Origin: an uncultured Actinomycetes bacterium
GTDB taxonomy: Bacteria; Actinomycetota; UBA4738; HRBIN12
Assembly: GCA_963704725.1 (NCBI GenBank)
Contig: OY969934.1
Coordinates: 3,264,001 to 3,328,000, forward strand
Direction: 5' to 3'
DNA length: 64,000 nt
The position numbers were made by a program, and so were the translations under genes. The notes beneath the pieces were generated by a model. It was not told where the DNA came from, made no database searches, and saw only the letters and a list, made by a program, of their open reading frames with translations. Numbering within the stretch: position 1 is the first letter of the stretch; each line of letters begins with the position of its first letter. This document shows, piece after piece, positions 20,556 to 28,257 of the stretch.

Positions 20556-21788
20556 TCACGCCCCCCACACGCCGAGCTGGCGCGCGGTGAGCACCCGAGC
20601 GCGCCCCAGGGGCGCGAACGCCCACGCCTTGAGGAGCGCGAGACCGCCGCCCCCGAGCGCCAAGCCCGCGCCCACCGCCCCCATCGTTCCGCCGAACCAT
20701 CCGGCCCCCGACATCGCGAGCAGCGCGACCCCGGAGTTCAGCGCCAGGACCTGGATGGCTCCGCCGAACTCGATCCCGGCGAGCTGCCGGCGCCGGTCGT
20801 CGGGGTGGCCGGGGCGAGCCATGGGGAGCAGGTACTGCCACGCGCCGAGGAGGGTCTGGATCACCCACCCCCCCACGAAGATCGCGAGGTAGGGGTCCCG
20901 GAAGCGCGCGAACGAGACGGGCCCACCCGCCAGGACGAACGGCAGGAGGACCGACCCCAGGACGAACCAGCACAGCGCCAGCAGGAGATGCTTGGCGGCC
21001 ACCGGCACGGGCCACCGTCGTTGCGTCCGCACCGCCGAGGCCGCCATCCAGGCCAGGCCGAGGGCACCGATCGCGTACGCGGCACCCCCCGCGGTGGCGA
21101 GCGGCGTGGAGCGGACGGCGAGGCCGGCCGCGACGGCCACGACGCCGGCCGACAGGCCCACCCCGGTCGCGGCGCCGTGCCAGGTGGGCATCCGGATCCG
21201 CAGGACCGTGGGCAGCAGCGTCACGAGCGTCCCGCCGATCGTGAGCGACGCCCATCCCAGGACGTTCATCGAGAGGTGTGCCGCTCGAAGTGCGACCCAC
21301 GTCTCCCCGTCGTGCACGGCTCCGCTTCCGATCAGGGCGCCGATCGTGCCTCCGGCCAGCACCGCCGTCACCGCCGCGAGGTACATGACGATCGGCAGTC
21401 GGTGTCTCAGGTTCAACCCCACCCGCCGGGCGCGCACGACGAACCACCCGAGGACGAACGCCGCGGCGACGAAGCACGCTCCCCCCACGGCGACGAGCGC
21501 GGGATGGCCGGACGGGTACCCGGCCGCCACGAGCCCGGCGCCGAGGTTCACCGCGGCGAACTGCCCGAACACGAGCCGGCGATCGGGCGCGGGCGCCGAC
21601 GTGAGCGTCAGGGCGAAGTTCTGCATCGCGCCGGAGATCGCGACGGAGACCGCTCCCGCCAGCGCCAGGTGCAGGGGGAGCCAGATCCCCCGGCGGTCGG
21701 CCTCGGGGAGCAGCAGCGACAGGGCCGCCGCCGAGAGCCAGATCCGCGCCGCCGTCTGATACCACCGGATCGTGGTGCGCGCGTCCAT
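20556..21788 (-). CDS. Multi-pass membrane protein with conserved-looking TM histidines
   Basis: About 12 hydrophobic segments; WLPLHLALAG, AAHLSMNVLGW. Confidence 0.75.
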   Translation of the reverse strand: MDARTTIRWYQTAARIWLSAAALSLLLPEADRRGIWLPLHLALAGAVSVAISGAMQNFALTLTSAPAPDRRLVFGQFAAVNLGAGLVAAGYPSGHPALVAVGGACFVAAAFVLGWFVVRARRVGLNLRHRLPIVMYLAAVTAVLAGGTIGALIGSGAVHDGETWVALRAAHLSMNVLGWASLTIGGTLVTLLPTVLRIRMPTWHGAATGVGLSAGVVAVAAGLAVRSTPLATAGGAAYAIGALGLAWMAASAVRTQRRWPVPVAAKHLLLALCWFVLGSVLLPFVLAGGPVSFARFRDPYLAIFVGGWVIQTLLGAWQYLLPMARPGHPDDRRRQLAGIEFGGAIQVLALNSGVALLAMSGAGWFGGTMGAVGAGLALGGGGLALLKAWAFAPLGRARVLTARQLGVWGA

Positions 21789-21866
21789 CTCGGCAGCCTA
21801 GGCGTCTCGCCGCGAGGGCGCCGGGGGGCACCGCCGTAAACGCGGGGCGGGGTAGGCTGGAGGTTC

Positions 21867-22895
21867 ATGGCCGATCCCTGGGAGCCGCCGACCTCGCCGC
21901 CTCCTCCCGGAGGTCCGCTGGTGGACACGTTCGGCCGCGTGGCCGACGACCTGCGGATCTCGGTCACCGACCGGTGCAACTTCCGGTGCACGTACTGCAT
22001 GCCGGCCGAGGGCCTGGCCTGGTTGCCGAAGCGGGAGATCCTGACCTTCGAGGAGCTGACCCGCCTCCTCGGCCTGTTCGTCCGGCTCGGCGTGCGCTCG
22101 GTCAAGGTCACGGGCGGTGAGCCGACCGTCCGAGCCGACCTCCCCGAGCTGATCCGGATGTTCCGAGGGGTCGCTCCACACATCGACCTGTCGATGACCA
22201 CGAACGGGGTCCTCCTCGACCGCCTGGCGGCTCCGCTCGCGCGGGCCGGGCTCGACCGGGTGACGGTGTCCCTGGACTCGCTGCTGCGGCACCGGTTCGA
22301 GGAGATGACCCGGCGCGACGCGCTCGATCGCGTGCTCGCCGGCATCCGCGCGGCCGAGGACGCCGGGCTGACCCCCGTCAAGATCAACTGCGTGGTGATC
22401 GGCGGGACGAACGACGGCGAGGTGGTGGACTTCGCGGCCTGGTCCCGGCAGCACGGCCACCCGGTCCGATTCATCGAGTACATGCCGCTCGACGCGGAGC
22501 ACGCATGGGAGCGGGCCAAGGTCGTTCCGTCGTCACGGATCCTCGAGGCGATCGACGCGGTCTTCCCGCTCGCCTCCCAGGGACCCGATCACGAGCCCGC
22601 GACGAGCTTCCGGTTCGCTGACGGCGCCCCCGGTGGGATCGGGGTCATCGCCAGCGTCACCGAGCCGTTCTGCGAGACCTGCAACCGGTTGCGCATCACG
22701 GCGGAGGGTGAGGTGCGCGCGTGCCTGTTCGCGCTCGAGGAGACGGATCTTCGCGGCCCGCTCCGCGCCGGTGCCTCCGACGACGACCTCGAGTCGCTGA
22801 TCCGCGCGAACGTGTGGCGCAAGTGGTCCGGGCATCGCATCAACCACCCGGACTTCGTCCAGCCCGAGCGATCGATGTCCGCGATCGGCGGCTGA
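21867..22895 (+). CDS. moaA: GTP 3',8-cyclase
   Basis: LRISVTDRCNFRCTYCMP, TGGEP, RFIEYMP, FCETCNRLR...CLF, MSAIGG terminus. Confidence 0.97.
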   Translation: MADPWEPPTSPPPPGGPLVDTFGRVADDLRISVTDRCNFRCTYCMPAEGLAWLPKREILTFEELTRLLGLFVRLGVRSVKVTGGEPTVRADLPELIRMFRGVAPHIDLSMTTNGVLLDRLAAPLARAGLDRVTVSLDSLLRHRFEEMTRRDALDRVLAGIRAAEDAGLTPVKINCVVIGGTNDGEVVDFAAWSRQHGHPVRFIEYMPLDAEHAWERAKVVPSSRILEAIDAVFPLASQGPDHEPATSFRFADGAPGGIGVIASVTEPFCETCNRLRITAEGEVRACLFALEETDLRGPLRAGASDDDLESLIRANVWRKWSGHRINHPDFVQPERSMSAIGG

Positions 22896-22922
22896 GGGTC
22901 TCGGCCCGACCCGATCCGGCCG

Positions 22923-23642
22923 CTACCGATCGCCGACGCCGGCGAGCCGAGCGAGCTCCGCGATCTTCGTGAGAACGTAGCGGCGGCCGCTCCGCTCCAC
23001 GAACCCGCGACGCTGGAGGTCGGAGAGGATCCGCGTCACGTTCTCGCGGCTGCCCCCGCACAGGCTCGCCAGGTCGGCGTGGGTGACGACCGAGGGAACC
23101 ATGGCGCCGTCGTCGGGAAGCTCGTCGAGCGACGGGGTGACGAGCTGCAGGAGGCGCTTGGCCACGCGGCCCTTGAGGTCGAGGTAGAGCAGATCCTCGA
23201 CGAACGCCTCCTGCGACTGCACCTGACGCGCCAGCGCGCGCAGGAGTGCCTGTGAGACCGCGGGCTCCTCTGACAGGAAGTCCAGGAACACGGATGAGGA
23301 GACGACCCAGACCTGCGACTCCTCGAGCGCGAGCGCGGAGGCCGTGCGCATCATGCGGCCGAGGGCGCCGAGCTCCCCGAAGAACTGCGGCCGATCGAGC
23401 GTCGTGTGCAGCTGGCGGTGCCCTCCGGCGGACAGCGAGCTGATCTCGATGCGGCCCTCGACCACGAAGAACACCGCGGGCGAATCGTCGCCCTGATGGA
23501 ACAGATAGGTGCTGCGGCGGTACCGGCGCGTCGTCCCACGCTCGGCCAGTCGCGCGATCGTCCCCGGCGCCGCGCCCTCGAACAGCGGCGTCCGGGACAT
23601 CGCCTCCACGAGGGGTCCCGCCACGGGGGCCCGGCTCACCAT
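22923..23642 (-). CDS. Crp/Fnr family transcriptional regulator (CRP-like)
   Basis: cNMP cassette FFGELGAL...RTASA; HTH THADLASLCGGSRENVTR; ATG 23642 with TACGCT 7 nt upstream. Confidence 0.93.
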   Translation of the reverse strand: MVSRAPVAGPLVEAMSRTPLFEGAAPGTIARLAERGTTRRYRRSTYLFHQGDDSPAVFFVVEGRIEISSLSAGGHRQLHTTLDRPQFFGELGALGRMMRTASALALEESQVWVVSSSVFLDFLSEEPAVSQALLRALARQVQSQEAFVEDLLYLDLKGRVAKRLLQLVTPSLDELPDDGAMVPSVVTHADLASLCGGSRENVTRILSDLQRRGFVERSGRRYVLTKIAELARLAGVGDR

Positions 23643-23692
23643 CGCTCGAAGCGTAGTCAATGCTCTCGGCCCCGGATAGTCCGCAGACGCCG

Positions 23693-23720
23693 CGGGCCCG
23701 GATCCTAGGACCCGGGCCCG
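23693..23720 (-). terminator. GC-rich hairpin downstream of the Lys-rich peptide gene
   Basis: CGGGCCCGG...CCGGGCCCG arms around TCCTAGGA. Confidence 0.5.
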
Positions 23721-23745
23721 GCGTCGGGGTATCGGTTGTGGTGAC

Positions 23746-23865
23746 TCAGGCCTTCTTCATCTTCCTGAGTACCTTCTTCTTGGTCACCCGGGTCGCCGCC
23801 GCCTTCTTCGAGCTCTTCGCCGCCTTGGGGGCCGCGGCCTTCGGGGAGATCCGCTTCTCCGCCAC
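23746..23865 (-). CDS. 39-aa Lys/Ala-rich peptide (not in ORF track)
   Basis: GTG..TGA encoding MAEKRISPKAAAPKAAKSSKKAAATRVTKKKVLRKMKKA; SD AGGGAGGTGA 5 nt upstream; all 12 Lys are AAG. Confidence 0.8.
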   Translation of the reverse strand: MAEKRISPKAAAPKAAKSSKKAAATRVTKKKVLRKMKKA

Positions 23866-23939
23866 CGAAATCACCTCCCTCGTCCGATCCGGCGAGCAGG
23901 ACGTTCGCGCGGATCGTGCGCCCGGCGGCGGATCGAGGA

Positions 23940-23979
23940 TGTGACGTACGTCACGAACCGGAACGTGATGATCGTCACA
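23940..23979. promoter_or_regulatory. Tandem CRP-type boxes
   Basis: TGTGA-CGTACG-TCACG (23940-23955) and CGTGA-TGATCG-TCACA (23964-23979). Confidence 0.8.
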
Positions 23980-23991
23980 TCCCGGGTCGGA

Positions 23992-24210
23992 TCACGACTC
24001 CGTGTCGAGCTCCGGCAGGTCGATCGGATCGGGCCGGGGCGTGCAGGCGCCGCAGTAGAGCGCGTCCTCCACGACGAGCGCGCGCATGACGTCCTTCGCG
24101 CGGTAGAGCTCCAGGACGTAGGGCATCGTCTCGACGTGGTCCTCGCAGATCGCCCGGCCACAGAAACGGCAGGTGCCGACGGCCGTCCTGCGGCAGTGCC
24201 AGCAATCCAT
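23992..24210 (-). CDS. Small Cys-rich B-box-like Zn-finger protein (DUF2180-like)
   Basis: CWHC...AVGTCRFCGRAICEDH...YCGAC; SD GGGAGGG. Confidence 0.8.
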   Translation of the reverse strand: MDCWHCRRTAVGTCRFCGRAICEDHVETMPYVLELYRAKDVMRALVVEDALYCGACTPRPDPIDLPELDTES

Positions 24211-24243
24211 CGTCCCTCCCGCTCCCTCGGCCGCCCCGCGGCC

Positions 24244-26544
24244 CTAATGCTGCCAGGTCCGGTCGATCGCCGCGGCGGGGTTCAGCGTGCCCCTGCGGAA
24301 GGCCCCGGCCACCGCACGGCCGAACCCCTCCCGGTCCAGCCTGAACAGCCGCGCGGGCGTGCGGGCGACCACCGACGCCGTCCGCGGCACCCCGGCGAGC
24401 AGGGCGATCTCGCCGAAGTGCTCTCCCGGCCCCATCGTGCGCTCGAGCACGCCGCCTCGCACCACGTCGACGCGGCCCGACCCGATCGCGTAGAACGCGT
24501 CCCCCTCCTCCCCCTGCTCGATGATCGTCTCGCCGGGCGACACGTTCAGCCACGCCCCGCGCTCGAGCACCTCGGACAGATCGTCCTCGCCGAGCGCCCC
24601 GAAGGCGGGCAGGCGGCGAAGCTCGACCACGGCCTGCAGGGTCGGCGCGAACGCCGGGAGGCGCACGGTGTCGGCGAGGAGGCGATCGAACGTCCCCTCG
24701 GCAACCTCGAAGAGCTGGGCGTCGGTCACGGCTCGCACCGTGGCGCTCCGGGCCGCGGCGTCGACCAGCGCGAGCTCGCCGAACGACGCACCCCGGCCCA
24801 GGGACTGGAGCACGCGCTCCTTCCCGGAGTCGGGATCCTCCTCCACCACGTGCAGGACCCCCCGGCGCACGACGTAGAACGTCTCCGGGCGATCCCCCTG
24901 CCGGAACACCGACTTGCCCGCCGGGAAGCGCCGGAGGCGGACCCGGCCCGCGAGATCCGAGAGCACGTCCTCGGGCAGGTCCTCGAAGATCGGCAGGGCG
25001 TCGATGAGGGTTGCAGCCTCGACGCGCCACCTCGTCTGCATCCGGAACCGGATGCGCTCCACGGCCGCCCGAGCGCGACGCAGGAGAGACCGCACGAGCG
25101 AGATGGCGCCGCGGAGCACGGGCCCGGTGACGAACAACGCGAGCGCGACCAGCAGTGCCCGGCCCAGCGCCCCCCCTTGCCACAGCGCCCGGACGAGCCC
25201 GCCGAACACCTCGTCCCAGAAGATCACCGACCACCAGACCGAGACGATCGTGAAGGCCACCCCGAGCACGGCGTACAGCCCGAGGCCGGCCTCCTGTTTC
25301 GTGAGGTGCTCCCGGTGGCGGAGCTTGCGCCACAGGTCGTAGCGGAGGAACTGCAGCGAGCGAGGGCGCAGGTCGGGGACCTGGATAACGTCGGAAAGGA
25401 TCCAGTAGCCGTCGAGCTCGAGCATCGGCACGAGGTTCAGGAAGATCACGAAGTAGTTGAGAAGGGCGAACTTGTACAGCACGGGCGCGACGGGCGATCC
25501 GGGGAAGATCCAGACGAGCCCCGCGGCGATCCCGGCGATGATCAGCTCGACGTACGGCCCGGCGAACGACTGCACCATCCGCTGGCGCCGGTCGAGCATC
25601 AACCCGTCCGACGAATCGACGAAGAACGCGGGCGAGCCGAAGTAGATCATGAACCCCGCGCTCTTCACGCGGCGCCCGTAGTGCACCAGGACGACCGCGT
25701 GCCCCAGCTCGTGCATGAAGGTCAAGAAGTAGTTCATCCCGAGCAGGATCAGGGACTCCGCGACCGGCGAATCGCCCGAGAGCCCGAACCGGCCCGAGTG
25801 ATACACGGACCAGAACGCGAGCCCGCCGGCCACGGCGACGGTCAGAGCGGCCGCGCCCACAACCGGGATGAAGAACCATCGCAGGAGGTACCGGTGGAAC
25901 CACGACACCAGCCGGTGCGCCCCCTTCCATTCGATCGACAGAGTCCTGGCGAACGCCCGGGCGCGAGCCCGGGCCGCGGAGACGGGATCGATGGCCCGGC
26001 GCACGGCCGCGTCGACGTCCAGGAATGGCGTCGTCAGGAAGTTGCCGACGCGGAGCTGACGGACGAGGTCGGCGACCGCGGATAGGTCGAGGTCGCCCGA
26101 CCCGCGGAGGCGGTCGACGACGATCTCCGACACGGTTCGAGAACCGTCCATGAGCGGCAGAAGCTCGGTCTCTCCGGGCTCGAGCCGGTAGTGGACGAGA
26201 TCCCGGGGGTTCGCGATCATCGCGTAGTCGTTCCCCCACCGGAGGCGGAACGTCTTGACCTCGACGTCCGAGGCGAGCTGGGGACGGAAGGCCGCCGGGT
26301 CGAGCCGCTCGGCAAGCTCGTCCCACAGACCTCGCCCGTCCCGGTCCGTAACCGTTCCGGCCCCGAGTGCCGCCTCCACCCCTCGAGCCGGTCCCGCCGC
26401 CCCACCTTCAGTGGATCCGATCCCACGCTGAATCGACGCGTATGCGGAGGGGCGCGGTGCCCCTCGCCGCCTGGAGAGCACGAGGTTGCCGACGAACCCC
26501 CCCACGAGGACCGCGACCACCACGGCGAGCACCACGTCACGCAT
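24244..26544 (-). CDS. Membrane M50 metalloprotease with PqqD/RRE-like domain and two cNMP-binding domains
   Basis: LMDGSRTVSEI winged helix; HELGH, AGP, NLVPMLELDGY; FGELAL...RSAT and FGEIAL...RTAS. Confidence 0.88.
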   Translation of the reverse strand: MRDVVLAVVVAVLVGGFVGNLVLSRRRGAPRPSAYASIQRGIGSTEGGAAGPARGVEAALGAGTVTDRDGRGLWDELAERLDPAAFRPQLASDVEVKTFRLRWGNDYAMIANPRDLVHYRLEPGETELLPLMDGSRTVSEIVVDRLRGSGDLDLSAVADLVRQLRVGNFLTTPFLDVDAAVRRAIDPVSAARARARAFARTLSIEWKGAHRLVSWFHRYLLRWFFIPVVGAAALTVAVAGGLAFWSVYHSGRFGLSGDSPVAESLILLGMNYFLTFMHELGHAVVLVHYGRRVKSAGFMIYFGSPAFFVDSSDGLMLDRRQRMVQSFAGPYVELIIAGIAAGLVWIFPGSPVAPVLYKFALLNYFVIFLNLVPMLELDGYWILSDVIQVPDLRPRSLQFLRYDLWRKLRHREHLTKQEAGLGLYAVLGVAFTIVSVWWSVIFWDEVFGGLVRALWQGGALGRALLVALALFVTGPVLRGAISLVRSLLRRARAAVERIRFRMQTRWRVEAATLIDALPIFEDLPEDVLSDLAGRVRLRRFPAGKSVFRQGDRPETFYVVRRGVLHVVEEDPDSGKERVLQSLGRGASFGELALVDAAARSATVRAVTDAQLFEVAEGTFDRLLADTVRLPAFAPTLQAVVELRRLPAFGALGEDDLSEVLERGAWLNVSPGETIIEQGEEGDAFYAIGSGRVDVVRGGVLERTMGPGEHFGEIALLAGVPRTASVVARTPARLFRLDREGFGRAVAGAFRRGTLNPAAAIDRTWQH

Positions 26545-26580
26545 CGGCGCATCTTCGGCTCCGGGCCCCCCGGGGGCAAG

Positions 26581-26619
26581 GGTGACGGATGTCACCACCG
26601 GTCCGTGCGTCCGGTCACC
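26581..26619. promoter_or_regulatory. Second tandem pair of CRP-like boxes
   Basis: GGTGA-CGGATG-TCACC (26581-26596) and CGTGC-GTCCGG-TCACC (26604-26619); -10 TAGCCT at 26642. Confidence 0.6.
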
Positions 26620-26678
26620 GAGATCGAACGGGCTCGACGCCTAGCCTGCGCCCAGACGTTGCATCGAGGAGGTGCGAG

Positions 26679-26849
26679 ATGCTGAGTGACGAGGTCGGGA
26701 GGTACAAGATCTCCGAGCGGGTCCGCGAGGGCGAGGCGGAGCGGCTGGCCCGCCGGACTCGCCGGGCTCATGCGGCCGACGAGCGGAGCCTGACTCGGCG
26801 GGTCGGTCGAGCCGCGATCGCCCTCGTCGCGTGGCCCATGCGGCACTGA
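26679..26849 (+). CDS. 56-aa Arg-rich small protein
   Basis: SD GAGGAGGTG before ATG; MLSDEVGRYKISERVREGEAERLARR...; downstream hairpin. Confidence 0.7.
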   Translation: MLSDEVGRYKISERVREGEAERLARRTRRAHAADERSLTRRVGRAAIALVAWPMRH

Positions 26850-26868
26850 AGCGGCGGGATCGAATTCA

Positions 26869-26898
26869 CGTCCCCGTCACATGAGCGTCGCGGGGACG
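26869..26898 (+). terminator. Hairpin downstream of the 56-aa gene
   Basis: CGTCCCCG ... CGGGGACG inverted repeat. Confidence 0.4.
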
Positions 26899-27000
26899 CC
26901 ACGGGGCACGGCTAGCGTTCGGACCGCCAAGAGGCATGCGCCCCTCTGGAGCGGGGGGCCGGTCCGTCACCCGGCCCCCCGCGCCCCCCCTCCACCGAGC

Positions 27001-27684
27001 TCAGGTGAGCGATCCGATCACGGTCCGCAGGTCGGCGTCGTCGACCTCGCCGCTGAGGTACTGCACGACCTTGCCGTCAGATCCGACGAAGTACAGGGTC
27101 GGGTACCCCTCGATGCCGAGCACGTTCGCGAGCTTCTGAGTGCCGTCATCGATCGCCGTCGGGGCGACGATGCCGTTGTCCTGCAGGAACACCGCAGGGT
27201 CCGGACCCGGCTGATCCCCGATCGAGGTCACCACGGTCACGAACTGCACGTCCGGGAACTCCGTCATGACCTCGTTCAGCCTCGGAAGCTCAACCTGGCA
27301 GTGGGGGCACCACGGCGCCCACACGGACAGGACGACCGGCCCCCCCGCGTAGTCGCCCCACCGGAAGGTCCCGCCGTCGATGGCCGGGGCGGAGAAGTCG
27401 GGCACGGACTCGCCGGCCGACAGCGGCTGCCCCTGCCGCGCCTGGCCCGAGGTCGTGACGTCGGCCGAGCGCGACGGATGGATCGCCGTGCTCTGCGGGG
27501 CCCCGTCACCGCTCGTCAGCGCGAAGACGGCGATGACCACCACCGCGACGAACGCCGCGCCGCCCAGGACGTAGCCCAGCGTCCGGCGCTGTACCTGTCG
27601 CCGGCGCGCCGACTCCCGCGCCTCAGCGGCGGCCCGCCGTCGCTCCTGCTTGGTCGGGTTCCTGGGCTCCATCGCCTTCGCCAT
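27001..27684 (-). CDS. Membrane-anchored TlpA-like thiol-disulfide oxidoreductase
   Basis: TM anchor; VWAPWCPHC; GYPTLYFV cis-Pro loop. Confidence 0.9.
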   Translation of the reverse strand: MAKAMEPRNPTKQERRRAAAEARESARRRQVQRRTLGYVLGGAAFVAVVVIAVFALTSGDGAPQSTAIHPSRSADVTTSGQARQGQPLSAGESVPDFSAPAIDGGTFRWGDYAGGPVVLSVWAPWCPHCQVELPRLNEVMTEFPDVQFVTVVTSIGDQPGPDPAVFLQDNGIVAPTAIDDGTQKLANVLGIEGYPTLYFVGSDGKVVQYLSGEVDDADLRTVIGSLT

Positions 27685-28156
27685 CGTCGACCTCCACGTC
27701 GAGGAATCGGTTGTCCAACTGGAGCGGCCCTCGAGGGCGGACCGCCAGGTACACGCCGGACAGGACGATCGGCACGTCGCGCACGATGTCCCACCAGCTC
27801 ACGCCGTCCCCCGCCCCGCCCCCGCCGAAGCACCCGCAGCTGATGTCGAGCCCGCGCGCCTTCGCCTGCGACAGTGCTGCGATGAACATCACCGCCAGAG
27901 CCGCCGTGGCGACGCCGGCGAACCGGACGAAGAGCCCGAGCACGAGCAGGAAGCCGACCGAGATCTCGACCCACGGCAGCACCGCCGCCACGAGACGGAC
28001 CCCGCCGTCAGGGAGCACGTCGTAGGCGCCGACGGCCAGGATCGAGTCCTGGCGGGCGAATGCCTTCGTCAGCCCCGCCCACAGCAGGAGCGCGGCGGGC
28101 AGGGCTCGACACCCCACGCGGAAGGCGAGCTCGGATCGGGACGTCATGGCCTTCAT
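27623..28156 (-). CDS. MauE/DoxX family membrane protein
   Basis: AGLTK, LPWVEI, ARGLDISCGCFG, IVRD. Confidence 0.88.
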   Translation of the reverse strand: MKAMTSRSELAFRVGCRALPAALLLWAGLTKAFARQDSILAVGAYDVLPDGGVRLVAAVLPWVEISVGFLLVLGLFVRFAGVATAALAVMFIAALSQAKARGLDISCGCFGGGGAGDGVSWWDIVRDVPIVLSGVYLAVRPRGPLQLDNRFLDVEVDDGEGDGAQEPDQAGATAGRR

Positions 28157-28257
28157 CCTCCCTCATCCTCGGGAAGGCGGGGACGCTCAGCGAAGGTCCT
28201 CCGGCCCCACGCGAGCGGGTCCGGCGGCCCGGCGCGCGACCGCCGGAGCCGGACGGA

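Noticed and set aside
23660-23944. 94-aa hydrophobic plus-strand ORF that looks like a membrane peptide
   Set aside because: Its Phe-rich stretch is the reverse complement of the AAG Lys codons; the SD, promoter and hairpin all support the minus-strand peptide
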